Shown here: piece after piece, positions 13,497 to 28,735 of the stretch
How positions within the stretch are numbered: the first letter of the stretch is position 1
Layout of the letters: each line of letters starts with the position of its first letter
Assembly (NCBI GenBank): GCA_951406725.2
Contig: OX597826.1
Location: forward strand, 77,748,001-77,812,000
Direction: 5' to 3'
Origin: Octopus vulgaris
Lineage: Eukaryota
DNA length: 64,000 nucleotides
Notes under the pieces: generated by a model
What the model was told of the DNA's origin: nothing
What the model saw: only the letters and a program-made list of their open reading frames with translations
The model's database searches: none
Made by a program: the position numbers and the translations under genes

Positions 13497-14196
13497 TACA
13501 TATACATACACACAAACATGAATTTAATATATATATATATATGTATATATACATGTGTATATATATGTGTGTGTGTGTATATATATGCACACACACATAC
13601 ATATACACACACGCACACACACACACACACGCGCACACACTTACATTCACACATACCCAAACACCTACACGCTACACCCACATATCCATACGCATTTGTC
13701 CGCAAATGCAAGTGTTCTAGTTGGCCAACTTCCTACCAGTCATCTATTTATACGATATTTTCTAAATTCTGTCATGGCCTCAAGGCATGTATCGTCTCTA
13801 CTTTCGCTTTCTCGTTTCATGCTAACTCGCCTACAAACTCACACACATTAAATATCAAACACAGACACACAGACACTGACACACAGACACTGACACACAG
13901 TGAAAACAACCCCTTGAAAACAAACAAATACGCATACGAGCAGCTTTCTGTTCCACTTTTATTTCTTTCTCTCTGCCAGTCTAATCTATTTTACACTATT
14001 GCTAACCCGCATCCGCATCTATGAAGCAGGAAAGGGTAGCTTTTCTAGCAGATGGTGGTCATTCAATCAGCTTGAAATAGCAGCCAAATAGCCTTCAAAT
14101 TACAATCTATGTAGTTCTAGTATTCTCCTTTACTTGTTTCAGTCATTTGACTGCGGCCATGCTAGAGCACCGCCTTTAGTCGAGCAAATCTACCCC

Positions 14197-14238
14197 AGAT
14201 AGATATATAGACAGATAGATAGATAGATAGATAGCTAC

Positions 14239-14317
<79 letters not shown>

Positions 14318-14336
14318 CATAGAAAAATAGATAGAT
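14197..14336 (+). repeat. (GATA)n microsatellite abutting the 3' end of a Tx1-like LINE
   Basis: Read directly. A family B SINE tail (14125-14196) ends at its left edge. Confidence 0.95.
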
Positions 14337-15278
14337 TTCTTTTTTGGCCACGCTGGGCTGAACACAGAAGGGACAAAAAACAAAGTAGAGCTTTTCTTTT
14401 TGGGAAAAAGTGAAAGAAAAAAATGAGTCGAATTCCGATCAAAAGGGATCCTGAAAAAAAATAATAAGATAAAAGAGTGGGGACGATTAATAGGGATCGC
14501 GTATCACAGAAATGTCAATGTAAAAAGGGAAAACAGATTAGGTTTGTCCGTGAATAGAAAAGCAAAAACCTACGGAAATGACCACGGGAACCTTGGGCAA
14601 TAGTGTCATGCAAAAAGATAACATATTACAGTAAGTGGCTCTCTTTTTTCCTTTCGTTTTTTTCTTTTGATTCAGAGGATTATGCTCAAGGTGGCTCCGT
14701 CATTCATACGTGCCATCCTTGCTACATTCACCCATCTTTTTTTGAAGCATTCACTAGACAACACTCCCCTGTCTACTTTCACCTTCCTCTTCAAGTGATA
14801 CTTGAAGAAGTTGATGAGAGATTGACCAGAGAGGAAAGTGTTTGTCTCTAGACCTTTCAGACGCGTCCACCATACACATTCTTTCGTCATAGCCACAAGT
14901 ACGATGAAAATGGCTCTTCCTTCCCGTTTCAAGGAAGGAGGCGCAACAATATTCATGATAGACTTGGTTGATAAACTGACTCGTCACACACGCGATAGCA
15001 GTCGTTCGACATAGGCCCACAGGTCGGAAATTGTTGGACACTGTACGAGTGCGTGCAGAACGGTTTCGTCACTCTAACCTCATCTCGGACAGGTCGGCCC
15101 CGTGTTTCTCGAGCCATGCCTGTAGAGCTTATCCCGAACGGGGTAGCGCTTCTCGATAGCACTGCCAGGTCAAGGATCTCTGGAAGTTGTCCATAGGTCC
15201 CGGCCCGAAAGTCGTCTTGAACAGGCGGGACAGATATTTCTCGTCGACGCCCAGGTTCGCCCTGAGATCGTCGTCGTA
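14337..15278 (-). mobile_element. 5'-truncated L1/Tx1-clade LINE: ORF2 C-terminus (zf-RVT CCHC) plus 3' UTR, pseudogenised
   Basis: Minus-strand translation with one frameshift: ...[64 protein letters not shown]...KECVWWTRLKGL...SIIL* (stop at 14672). Flanked by (GATA)n on both sides. Confidence 0.85.
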
Positions 15279-15286
15279 TAGATAGG

Positions 15287-15392
<106 letters not shown>

Positions 15393-15560
15393 TGTTTCTT
15401 TATTGGCCACACAGGGCTGAACACAGACGGGACAAAATAAAAAGTAGAGCTTTTCTTTTTGGGAAGGAGAGGAAAAAAAAAAGAAAGAGAAGGCTTGGTG
15501 AATTTCAGTCAAAAGGGATCGTGGGACGAAAAAAAAAGGAAACCGATCGATAGGTATAGA
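15393..15560 (-). mobile_element. Second Tx1-like 3' UTR end, tandem with the first
   Basis: Aligns with 14337-14500 (TTGGCCAC..GGGCTGAACACAGA.GGGACAAAA..AAAGTAGAGCTTTTCTTTTTGGGAA). The sense strand ends AATAAAGAAACA-(TATC)n. Confidence 0.85.
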
Positions 15561-15634
15561 TAGAAAGACAGAATCTTGCTTATATAAAAGACTGGCGGAA
15601 AGCAAAAAGACATCAGCTGTGCTGGGGAATAAGT

Positions 15635-16030
15635 ATGTTAACCCTGACGCCAAACAATGCATTTTGTAAAGTAACAGGAGAAATATTATGTTGGTTCCGT
15701 TCTTGCTTTTTCCCGTCTCTCGATGATATTAGTTTTGAACATCAAGTGAAGCGGTCGAAACTGGAAACTGAACTAACACTAGGAGTCCGATCTCTGCAAA
15801 TTAACCTCAGCTCTTTGCTATTTGCGGTTCACAGAAAAATATTTAGTGTGTCACTACCATTATTCTTGTTTTCAACATCAAAAGCTACCCTCCTCTCCTG
15901 GTGTTATTCGACAGATCTATTACCGATTCAATATGTCTCTGACTGTGAAGGTTGACAATGGAATATCTGTAACAAGGTGTGAAAGGAATATCATAAAAAA
16001 AAACTTCGGTTGCCAATCAGGTGCCTGCAA
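15635..16030 (+). pseudogene. Possible highly degraded LINE reverse-transcriptase fragment
   Basis: RKIFSVSLPLFL...LLSWCYSTDLLPIQYV loosely resembles KAFDSVSHxxL...LLxWxxSYLxxRxQYV. Confidence 0.35.
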
Positions 16031-16235
16031 ATAATGGAAACCTATCGAACACGCATTACGAAGCGTTGGGTAGAGAAACAGATTAGGTTTTTCTGGCCTT
16101 TGAATAAAAGACGTGACAAAGAGATTTCAATTATTTTTCTTCTTGATGCCAGTATTGCCCTAAAAATTGCTAAAGAATTGAAACTCAGGCATTTAAAAAC
16201 GTTTCTAGTTTCCTTTTAATATTTCTGGTGCTTAA

Positions 16236-16830
16236 GGCGGCGAGCTGGCAGAATCGTAGCAGCATTTCGTCCGTCTTTATGTTCTGAGTTAAAATTCCGC
16301 CGAAGTCGACTTTACCTTTCATCCTTTCGGGGTCGATAAATTACGCCGAGATCGACTTTACCTTTCATCCTTTTTAGGCTCGATAAAATAAGGAGACCAG
16401 TTGAACACTGGGGCCGGTGTAATCGACTTAGACCCTTCCCCGGATCTGCTAACCTCGTGCCAAAATTTCAAACCAATATTTGTGGTTCTTTTATAATGGT
16501 TTTTGTGTTGCTTGTCACAGTTGTTATATTTTGTCCATTCTGTACGGAATATTAAACGCTGAACCGGGAGGTCAGCTTTTATTTGATGGTTACACTTCAA
16601 ACTTTTACATTGCAACTAGGACGGCGAACTGGCAGAAACGTTAGCGCGGCGGGGAAAATATGCTTCACCGCATTTCTTCCGATGTGACGTCCTGAGTTCA
16701 AATTCCGCAAAAGTCGACTCTGTCTTTCTGCCTTTCGAGGTCAGTAAAAAAGGTACTGGCAATCGATGTAATTGACTTACCCTCTCTCACAAAATTGCTG
16801 GCATTATGCCAAAATGTGAAACCAGTATTT
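16236..16830. mobile_element. Cluster of SINE family A copies (16236-16340 +, 16345-16480 -, 16620-16830 +)
   Basis: GGCGGCGAGCTGGCAGAA heads, GTCGACTTTACCTTTCATCCTTTCGGGGTCGATAAA cores and GTGCCAAAATTT-type tails. Orientation of the middle piece was not resolved with certainty. Confidence 0.75.
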
Positions 16831-16894
16831 CACATTGCAGCTGTGTTAAAATTTAATATACATTTCTGATAATTACCTGAATCTTTATATTTTA

Positions 16895-17167
16895 CATTTT
16901 TCAGTCAACGGGCTGCAGTGATGCTTGAGCACTACCGTGAAGTTTTTTTTGTAAAAAAAAATCGACCACGATCGATGTGACTAATATATACAAATCATGT
17001 ATAAAATGAGCTTCTTTCAGTTTCCGCCAATCAAATCCACTCACGACGCTTTGCTCGGCCCGAGGTTATAATCGAAGACACTTGCCCAAGGTGCCAGGCA
17101 GCGGGACTGAACCCAGAATTTTTGTAGCTGGGAAACAAACTGCTTACCACACAGCCATTTCTGTGCC
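16895..17167 (-). mobile_element. SINE family B, internally deleted
   Basis: GAAGACACTTGCCCAAGGTGCCAGGCAGCGGGACTGAACCC head/CORE segment in antisense. Confidence 0.8.
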
Positions 17168-17206
17168 AAATGTACTTTTGTTATATCTAGCACAAAAGAT
17201 GTGCTA

Positions 17207-17279
<73 letters not shown>

Positions 17280-17917
17280 ACATACACACACAAACACACA
17301 CACATACACACACATTCACACACATACACAAACACACACACAAACGTTTCTATCACAGTCTTGCTGTATTCTGTCTGTAAATTGTTGTTTTTGTTTTTGC
17401 ATAACAACTTTAAATTAAAATTCTTAAATCATAATAGGTTTGGAAAGTTTTAGCACCAATTTCAAATGATCTGTTAAAACCTTATTCATAAGAAATGCCT
17501 TCGATTAAATAATGTTTGTTGCTGGAATCCTTTGGGACCCATTCGAACAGCTCCAAGAATTTTACGTTCTATTCAGATGTCGCTATTCTCATGAATAAAA
17601 CACATATTTCAATTATATTTATGTTCTAAAGTTAATATTTGACTTTCTAAGATAGAATCAATAATGGAGGAATCAGGACTCACTGGGTGACCTTCTTTCA
17701 TGACCAACACCATTGCCAGCGGGCAAGCACACGTGCATACACACAAGCAGACGTATCGGGCTGAAGGATAAGCTGACCAAAACTTTGAAGTTACGGTCCG
17801 CAATATTTCTGTTAAAAAATGATAAATATATACTCCACAAAATGTATTGAGTACTCCCCCAGTTTAATGCAAAATTGCTTTTTTATAACTCGACATAATA
17901 TATATGTATACGTATAT

Positions 17918-18017
<100 letters not shown>

Positions 18018-18149
18018 GTATGTATGTACGTATGTATGTATGTATGTATGTATGTATGTATATATATATATATATATATACACATGTATATAAATATTTG
18101 TATGCACATACACACGCGCACACACACACATGCACACACACGCAGACAC

Positions 18150-18353
18150 AACTTGTTCAAAATTGTACAACAAACAGATGACAGAGGAAACAACAAACAA
18201 GCTGTATTAGTGTGAAATTCAAGAAAAATGAGTGTTTGACGTTTCGAACCTACGCTCTTTTTCAGAAAAGAACGAGTAGAGAAAACAGATGGGGAGAAGA
18301 AAAGGAAGGGAGAGGGAAAAAAGGTGTCTGGATTAATGTTTGCCACGTGTTGT

Positions 18354-18355
<2 letters not shown>
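18150..18355 (-). mobile_element. Short PLE-type repeat with a degenerate hammerhead (18235-18268)
   Basis: Sense ttt-CTGAAAA-a-gagc gtag gttc-GAAA-cg-TC-aaa. Same family as 49090-49280. Confidence 0.55.
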
Positions 18356-18440
<85 letters not shown>

Positions 18441-19127
18441 CAAGACGGGCTTAGCAGCACAGGGAATTGAACTCTAAATTATAAATCTAAGAAGTGAACG
18501 TCTTAATCATGCGCTGTTACTGATTATAGACAAAGTCGGTTCCGTTATCTCTATCCAAAGACGAGTATCGATAACCGAATCGTGTCTGCTTCTCTTTTGT
18601 TATTCCAGGAACTCCTGAAGCTATAAAGTCTAAACATCTTATTGATTATCTTAAGTAAAATGCAAAATAGATTCCTCTGTTGGTTTTCGACATTTTGATT
18701 TCCTAAACAAGATTATTTTGGACATTAAATATGCGGAACTGTTCTATTCAAAATGTTTTATTGCTTACCGTGTTGTAACAAGCGTTAAATGAAAAATGGA
18801 AATATGTTATGTAATGGAAGCATCGTAATCACCACGACCTCCTCGGAGTAATTATTGTATTACTAAGTAACCATGTGTGTGTGTGTGTGTTTAAACATCT
18901 TTATTTTACACCATGCAGTTTGTGAAGTATAGAGCTGTAGTTACGGAATTCCACTGAAGCAGTGACTGGCTTGCAACATTTCGAGTAGAGACAGTTACAA
19001 GGGAGTACCTGCGTAGTCAGGGCAGAGTAAACATAACAAATACTTTCGCTGGAGAGCACATTGATTTATAGAAAATGTGACATTTTGGCCTGTGTGTGGC
19101 TCTACCCGCTCACACACACACATATGC

Positions 19128-19163
<36 letters not shown>

Positions 19164-19439
19164 TCACACACACACACACACACACAAACTTACTCATACA
19201 CACATACGAGGAACTTCCAAACACTACTCAAATTCATTCACAAGATTTTGGTGAACATAAGTTTCTAGTCGAGTCCAGTCTACTTTCCCAATGCACTGCG
19301 CCGTAGATTCGATCCCACAACTCTATGGTTGCAAACCGAATTTCTTAACCTTTTAGCCATGCCTATCGTTTTATTCACGAGTTGATGTTTTGATTATCTT
19401 TGGGTCAAATATTTCTTCCGATTAATTCCCCTCTTATTG

Positions 19440-19842
19440 TTATCTTTTATCTTTTACTTGTTTCAGTCATCTGACTGTGGCCATGCTGGGGCACCGCCTT
19501 GAATAATTTTAGTTGAATAATCGACCACAGCACTTTTTCCCTTTAAAGCTGGTACGTATTCGATCGGTCTCATAGGCCGAACTGCTAATTACGGGGATGT
19601 AAAAACACTAACACCGGTTACCAGGTGGTGGTGGAGGAGGCATATAAAGAATGCACACATACACACACACACACACGCACACCCCAAAAGCAACACAGAT
19701 GCGTATATATGCGACAGGCTTCTTTCAATTTCCGTCTACTCACAAAGTTTCGGTCGGTCCGAGGCTGTAGTAGAAGTGGGATTGAACTGAGAATTATCCA
19801 AATGGGAAGCAGGTTTCTTGCCACACAACCACACCTGCGCCC
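19440..19842 (-). mobile_element. SINE family B, full length
   Basis: Colinear with 7545-7925 and 39745-40161. Confidence 0.88.
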
Positions 19843-19888
19843 ATTGTTTATGATTAAGCGGAAAATAATCCTTTCCATTCCAAATATA

Positions 19889-19924
<36 letters not shown>

Positions 19925-19958
19925 TGTATGTATGTATATATGTATGCTTTTTTCTTTG

Positions 19959-19995
<37 letters not shown>

Positions 19996-20854
19996 CACAC
20001 ACACGCACACACACACATACACACAACCACTGCAATCGAGTGTATATTCAGTGATAGTAAGCAATTTCTTAAAGCTTGCATAATGAAGAATAAATGAAAA
20101 AATAAATCTCTATCATTGTGAATTGAACTTAGAGCCCTGCCTCCAGACATTGATGAAACACTGCTTTGGAGCGCAAGTACAATGGCCACTTCTTTTAGAC
20201 ACAAAACGGAAATGGTTGTTGGTGTTATCTTTCATTTGTTTCTACAGCGAGGTTAGAGAGAGAAAGGCCACTCTCTCTATTTTAGGTCTTCCAAGGCTGA
20301 TGACCAGGAGAGGAGAGAATTATGCTGAAAGCTAAGGTGTAATCCGAAATCAGATGCAAGCGAATGGACTCGCTAAAAGTAACTAGGGACCAAGTGTAAG
20401 TGTTAGTCCCGGGTGATAGATTAAGTCCACCACCCAAGAATCCAAGGCGTAAAATACTCAGAATTCATACGGTGAGGTACTACTTCCGATGCTCAAACAA
20501 TTCCGCCAGTCCATCAACCTGGATTGGCACGGTAGGTTATTGAACATGAAAAGATGAAAGACAAAGTTGAATCCGCCGGGATTTGAACACAGAGGAGCAA
20601 TGAACCGGAACAAATGCCACAAAGTACTTTGTCATGCGCTCTACCGATTCTGCTAATTCGCTGGCTGTTTCTGTTGTTGTTGTAATATCAAAGTCCCTCC
20701 CAATAAAATAAACGAAGTTGTTTCAGCTGCAACCATTCCACCCCGGACCATCTCAAACTAACATTGTTTAATGAATTCTTCTCTCTCTTCTTTTTATGAT
20801 GGCAACACATGATTTTAGGCAAATCGGAAGGCAGCTTATTCGATATCTATCAAA

Positions 20855-21088
20855 GGTCGGTGAGCTGGCAGAATCGTTAGTACGCCGGACGAAATGCTTA
20901 GCGGTATTTCGTCTGCCGTTACGTTCTGAGTTCAAATTGCGCCGAGGTCGACTTTGCCTTTCATTCTTTCGGAATCGATTAAATAAGTACCAGTTAGACA
21001 TTGGGGTCGATGTAATCGACTTAATCCGTTTGTCTGTCCTTGTTTGTCCCCTCTGTGTTTAGCCCCTCGTGGGCAGTAAAGAAATAAA
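20855..21088 (+). mobile_element. SINE family A monomer with the Tx1-like tail
   Basis: Head, B-box and core present; tail TTTGTCCCCTCTGTGTTTAGCCCCTCGTGGGCAGTAAAGAAATA. Confidence 0.92.
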
Positions 21089-21833
21089 TATATTCTGCGC
21101 TGCTTCTATATACAATAAGTAAATTCATGGGGACTTCGAAGTTTGTTGCCTCAGAACAGGTCCTCTATTAATAATGAAGTGAAGGAAGTACTATCATGAC
21201 ATAAGGTCTGTTTTGGGTGTCTAAACGAGGAGTATATCACTTCCTAGATTTGGCTGGAATTGAATTCTTGTTGATAATCAAAAGACGTAGATAGATAAAT
21301 AGATAAAGAAAGAAAGCAAGAGAGAGTGAGAGAGAGAGAGAGAGAGAGAGGGAGCGAGACAGACAGACAGAGAGAAAAAGAAAAAGACAGAAGGAGATGA
21401 ATCAGCCACAGTATTGGCTTGGTACTTTATTTATCGAACCTGTAGGTGTGAAAAGTATGAAAAGTAGAGTTGGCCTGGAAATAATTTGAAAAATTGCGTG
21501 CAGTAAGTCGGAACAAATATATAAGGTGAAGCGTTCTATCCAACACTTTAAAGGCCCTGCCAATTCGACGCCAAAATAAGGTTACAACTCTCGATTAAAT
21601 CAATACAGTCTCTGAAATTGGTAATTTACCTAAAACAGGACAGTTAAAGAGTAAAATCCAAATCAGTGGGGCTTCGGTTTAGAAACACCGAAGAGCGAAT
21701 TGTTAAATATGGAGTAAAAAGGAAAGAAGCAAAAATGGCGTCGAGCGAAATACTTAACCGTTTCTGCCGAACTGATAAATTTCGTGAAAAACAAAAACAA
21801 AAACAAAAATAAAACTATTAATCATGATATAAA

Positions 21834-22918
21834 GATACATACATACATACATACATACATACATACATACATACATACATACATTCATGCATACATACAT
21901 ACATACATACATACATACATACATACATACATACATACATACATACATACATACATACATACATACATACATACATACATACATACATACATACATACAT
22001 ACATACATACATACATACATACATACATACATACATACATACATACATACATACATACATACATACATACATACATACGTACATACATACATACATACAT
22101 ACATACATACATACATACATACATACATACATACATACATACATACATACATACATACATACATACATACATACATACATACATACATACATACACACAT
22201 ACATACATACATACATACATACATACATACGTACATACATACATACATACATACATACATACATACATACATACATACATACATACATACATACATACAT
22301 ACATACATACATACATACATACATACATACATACATACATACCTACATACATACATACATACATACATACATACATACATAATACATACATACATACATA
22401 CATATACATACATACATATACATACACATACATACATACATACATACATACATCATACATACATACTACATACATACATACATCATACATACATACATAC
22501 ATACACATAATACATACATACTATACTATACATACATACATACATACATACATACATACATACATACATACATACATACATACATACATACATACATACA
22601 TACATACATACATACATACATACATACATACATACATACATACATACATACATACATACATACATACATACATACATACATACATACATACATACATACA
22701 TACATACTACATACATACATACATACATACATACATACATACATACATACATACTACATACATACATACATACATACATACATACATACATACATACATA
22801 CATACATACATACATACATACATACATACATACATACATACATACATACATACGTACATACATACATACATACATACATACATACATACATACATACATA
22901 CATTCATACACACATACA
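21834..22918 (+). repeat. ~1.08-kb (TACA)n microsatellite
   Basis: Read directly; two pure blocks separated by a degenerate segment at about 22380-22530. Confidence 0.97.
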
Positions 22919-23453
22919 TTTCTATGTTTGTATATAAATCCTTTTTTATTCTGCTTCATAATATGAATTACATTGATTAAATATTTTTTAAAAATACATC
23001 TATGAAAAATAAACAAAAAAAAAAAGCGAGAAATATCTGTAAACAAATTTACCGGCACAATCCCACACAGCCACACTCAGCTTAATATTATCTCCTCAGT
23101 TTCCATAAACACACACATTACTACACGTCGCTAAGACTACCCACCCTCTTCTCCATTGTACCCCGCTAAGACAATATAACCTTCACCTCACCGAGACTAC
23201 GAATTGATGTGGTTTACTTATCTATATTAAAGAAACATAGCTTTAATCTCTTTCCTTCTATTGGCCTTTCTCTTTATATATACATATACATATATATATA
23301 TATATATATATATGTACATATATATATTTATATGTATATATATATATATATGTGTATGTATGTATGTGCGTATATATATATATGTACATATATATATTTA
23401 TATGTATCTATTCATATATCTAACTATATCTCTGATTGTGTCTCACTATCTCC

Positions 23454-23527
<74 letters not shown>

Positions 23528-23624
23528 GTGTGTACACACACACATATATTTATATATATATATGAAACAGCTCATTACATTATAGGTATACTTTAAATGC
23601 AGATCAGTACCTATGAATCACTAA

Positions 23625-23625
<1 letters not shown>

Positions 23626-23695
<70 letters not shown>

Positions 23696-23696
23696 G

Positions 23697-23756
<60 letters not shown>

Positions 23757-23780
23757 GTCTGTCTGTCTGTCTGTCTGTCT
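23626..23780 (+). repeat. (TCTA)n(TCTG)n compound microsatellite
   Basis: Read directly. Confidence 0.95.
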
Positions 23781-23888
23781 AATTATATAGATACTTAGAC
23801 GTCAGACAGATATATAGCCGGAGTTATACATACTTACACACACATATACACGCGTACATACATATATACATACATACATACATACATG

Positions 23889-23923
<35 letters not shown>

Positions 23924-24318
23924 GTGATGAGGTAACAAACGTTTCTTTGTTTTCCTATCATATTCCAATTTTTACATATCACATTTCTAATGTGTTTTGT
24001 CTTTTTTGTTTTTTGTATGCTTGTGTATAATATTCTGTTTTATTTTATTGAAGCCGCAATAATAAAAAAGCAAATACAATCGTATTTATTACCTTTACTA
24101 TATTTCATTGTATTTTAGTCTCACTAAAATCTAATAAACCTTAGAAAAAAACACATTTCACGTAAAGTCTTTTATTGACAATGGTAACGTTACTCCATAG
24201 AAATGGTTTGCCTCGTACACGAACGTACAGCTGTATGTTTAAGCAATTTTGCAGCTTTGTAGCTATGAGGAAAAAAACAAAACTGAAAAATAATATATAT
24301 ATGCATGTATATATACAT

Positions 24319-24377
<59 letters not shown>

Positions 24378-24734
24378 TACGCATACATACATGCGTACAC
24401 ATGTACATGCATATATACTTATGTACACATGCGTACACGCACACACGCACACACACACATATATATGTGTGTGTGTATGTATGTATGTATGCATGTATGT
24501 ATATGTATATATATATATACACACACATGCACAGAAGCTATTTATGTATATAGATATATACACATAAACATATAAATACATACGCACATGTACACTTGTA
24601 TTCGACACTCTATATGCATATATATATATATATATATATGTATATATGCATGTATATATATATATATATATATATGTCTGTATGCATATCTACCAATGTA
24701 TATATCTGTCAATTTGTGCAGCTGTCTGTCTCTA

Positions 24735-24771
<37 letters not shown>

Positions 24772-25152
24772 TTCTCTCTTTCTCTCTTTTTCTCTCTCTC
24801 ACTTTCTTTCTCTCTTTCTCTCTCTCTTTATATATGTATATATGTGTGTGTGTGTGTGTTTAAAAGAGTGAGAGGAAGAGATGGAGAGAGAAGGAGAGAG
24901 AAAGAGTTAGAGATATTGATGAATTTCAATCTCACTCATACTGACATACAAATAGGTGTGCAACGTCTCAGCATAAAGACGACAGAATTCATAAAGAAAA
25001 TACAATCGGTCCAGAGATACGTTGCGAGTTCAAATTCCCGTCCGTAGGAGTCTGTACTTGTGTTTATATGTCTAAATGTTTGTGTTTGTACGCACACCAC
25101 ACATACTCACTTACTTATGGATTCATATCGATAAATATCATGTTTAGATATG

Positions 25153-25190
<38 letters not shown>

Positions 25191-25200
25191 TGAACTTCAG

Positions 25201-25259
<59 letters not shown>

Positions 25260-25482
25260 TACAGACTGGATTATATTATAGAGTGCCACCATTTACGTAA
25301 AATGTTCCGCTCCTGCCCTCTATGTATAGCAGAAAAATACAGCATATTGCGTGATAAAGGCTCATTCACAGCACCTCAACTGAAGTGATATAACGTTACA
25401 GATACTGGAGTAAATCGGTGAGAAGAGTAATAATGTAAATATCTAAAGGCAAAATAAGAGAACAGATTGCAGTATTTCTTTA

Positions 25483-25871
25483 TCTCTATATAAAGCTGAA
25501 GTTGTCTGTGTATGGCAGGTTTGGTAGCCTTCAACTAACCCCATCTCCTCCGAGACCCTGCGGCGCAAGTTGACCAAAATTGAGAGTATGATAGAAGAAG
25601 GCTTGCTCTTCCTTCCGTAGAAGAAAAAATTCAAATCGGACCATGTTAACACCAAAAATTATTTACATCAAGAAGGTGCTTTTTTTCTATGAAGATCCCT
25701 ATTTTTTACGATTTTTTGACTGCTGTGTCGCCATTTTTCTGTGTATTTCAACCAGGAAAAATGTTCACTTAAAGAGAATAACAAGCTACATAATGCAAAA
25801 TTTTTACTTTTCAAAAATTCCAATTCTAAAGGGTCGAAATAAGCCCGAGCAACGCCGGGCGATACTGCTAG
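25483..25871 (+). mobile_element. Complete non-autonomous Helitron (389 bp)
   Basis: Begins TCTCTATATAAA after an A. Subterminal hairpin GCCCG-agcaacgc-CGGGC (25843-25860). Ends CTAG before a T. No TSD. Confidence 0.88.
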
Positions 25872-27269
25872 TCTGAAATAAAATTACTTTAAGTACCCCT
25901 AAAACAAATGATTTGTTTCCTGAGAATCGTGCTTCCGCCTTACGTCGAGCCGGACAAACGTAATACGGTGAATACGAACACAAACACTCAGATTAATCAT
26001 CAGTAGAAATAGGTACATCAATAAATCATTGGTATTATATATGCTCATATCTATGTGTATGCGTAGGTATATGTATATATGAATGCATCCCCACTATTAG
26101 TACTATTTTGTTAAGTGCATCTGGTAAACAGTATGAATTTGTCTAAGGCGGATACGCACAGTATGTATCACTCCGCTATACATATACAGTTTGTAAACAT
26201 GCCAAGTAAATAAACACGTAGAATCACAATAACGCCTTCAGTGAGTTGTTTATTGTCCCAACACAAACCGAAACAATACATAACTGTTGGTATGAGTTTT
26301 ACAATAATTCCTGAAACGATCAGTTATTCTTTACCTTTCACACTCGATCTTATAATCTGCACCTGGAATTCCAGAATTTCACATTCGGTCAGTAATTACA
26401 GATTGACTCGAAACAAGGTTTCTCTGTATACGCTGGGAACGACAATTAAATTTTTATAATTTATCCTTGATTTTGAAGAAATGTGTGACTTTCTTGTTAG
26501 GTTTTTGTTTCTACTGATCACATATTGCTCGCGTGGTCGCTGGTTCTGCTAGAAATTTGTTGGAAATCGTACTGTTGTTCTCTGGCTTAAAGAAATCGGT
26601 ATTTGGGGTCGATTCATCGACAAAAATTCCTTAAAGCTTTTGCCCCAGCACAGCCGCAGTCTAATGATTGAAACAGGTAAAAGAATAAAAGATAAAAGAT
26701 AAAAGATAAACGATAAACAACGAGACTAAATTCTTAAACAAAGAGAAGAGACGAGAGAAGATGGAAAGCAACATGCGGAGGACTTCACTCTGCTGGGAAA
26801 ATCAAACAACCATTAAAGGAGGTGCCTCGGCATAGATTTAGCTATGATGGCTGAATCAAACTAAAGACCTACACGCATACACACAGATACATATAGATAT
26901 ATACGTACACACCAACATACACTTAGATACAACGCAGATACACTCACACACACACACACACGCATACACGCACGCATACACGCACACACATAACGAAAGT
27001 GTTTTACTGGAAATTGCTGAATGACTTCTAAAACCTATCAATCGATGTTTAATCAGCAATTTTGCTGATCATTAAAATAATCTTGTCCTCGCTGAAGGAT
27101 TTTATTTGGGTTTTAATAACAATTTTGTCTTCCCTCTCTCCGATAAGAGCACATGAAACTGAGCAGAGACCATAAACTTAATCTATAAGAGAGTGAAGTC
27201 GCTTAATATCTTTCTGTGTCGTAAGCTTTCGTTCTGAAGATCACAGGCAGGTTCGATCCACCATTTATT

Positions 27270-27550
27270 TTATATGCTTCCAATTCCTTTCTGAATTTTA
27301 ACTCGAGAGTTTGGGTCAAGTGGACCCATAAATATTTTGTTTACATAGGTCTTCTTGCACAAATAAATAATATGCTTCCTATTAGCGTCAAACCAGTCAT
27401 TGCCTTTGGGTCTTGTAATCTTCTCAAGATATTTAGAAATTTTCTGAGCCTTACTTTTGAAGTCAGTCCATTTGGGAATATCCACAAGTGAATTAAAACC
27501 CTGCTCTAAATCTTGTCTAACGGAATTTTCCTTTAGTTTGGAACTGCCTG
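27270..27550 (-). mobile_element. Degraded RTE-clade LINE ORF fragment (endonuclease-RT linker)
   Basis: KWTDFKSKAQKISKYLEKITRPKGNDWFDANRKHI resembles the RTE motif W..FK......LG...RKxxDWFDEN. Confidence 0.55.
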
Positions 27551-27559
27551 CTCGAAGAA

Positions 27560-27735
27560 TTGAATGTGCAAGTGGCCGAGCACTCCACAGACACGTGTAC
27601 CCTTAACGTAGCTCTCAGAGAGATTCAGTGTGACACAGAATGTGACAAGGCAGGCCGTTTGAATTACAGGTACTTCTCACTTTTGCGAGCTGAGTGCACT
27701 GGGGTAACGTGAAATAAAGTGACTTGCTTGAGCCA
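27560..27735 (-). mobile_element. Fragment related to SINE family C
   Basis: AAGTGGCCGAGCACTCCACAGACACGTGTACCCTTAACGTAG is shared with 35933-36320 and 53252-53638. Confidence 0.8.
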
Positions 27736-28082
27736 AATGCCCAAACCATTAAGCCGTAATACCAGCGAACCCATTTGACTAGAATAGGTCCTACTTTGTC
27801 GAGTGAAACTGGCGGCGTGTTTCGTTATCCAGTTTCTGAAAAGAGACAGTAATGATGATCCGATGCTGCCTTGCAAAATCACAGCTGCTTTGGGATTTCT
27901 GACGCTTTGAATGAACCGAGACGTGAATCGGACGAATCAGTTTGAATTCGCTAATCTCTATGGAAAGATAAAAATAACCCCGCAGAACACAAATGTATGA
28001 TACAAAAGCTGTGAGACATATTTATATACATACATACATACATATTTTAATATTTATATTTATACACATAAATACATACATA

Positions 28083-28130
<48 letters not shown>

Positions 28131-28181
28131 CATACATATATATATATATACATTATATACATTATATGTATATATATAAAT

Positions 28182-28226
<45 letters not shown>

Positions 28227-28273
28227 TATATACATATATATATACATATATATATACATATATATATACATAC

Positions 28274-28320
<47 letters not shown>

Positions 28321-28685
28321 TATATATACATACACACATACATATACATAGATGCAAATATACACACATAAGATGCATGTGTGTAAATACACGTGCGCAT
28401 ACACAGACTTAGATTTACATGGGAGAGTAAAAATACGCATTGCGTTAAGAACAGTTCCGATGTGTTTTTTTTGAGGGAGATTTTTTTTTAATCATTAGAA
28501 GACGAAAACTTCTTAACGCTGTTATTTCAAATTTCCTGTTTACACTTATCACTCGCTAAGTAGAAACACCAAACTCGAAATTACAGCGCCAAGTTTTTTG
28601 GGCTTATGATGATGATGATGATGATGATTATAATAATAGAAGCAGCAACATCATATATATATACACATACATATATATAAACATG

Positions 28686-28735
<50 letters not shown>

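Noticed and set aside
20292-20337. CTGATGA...GAAAGCTA hammerhead-like string
   Set aside because: Neither stem I nor stem II pairs.
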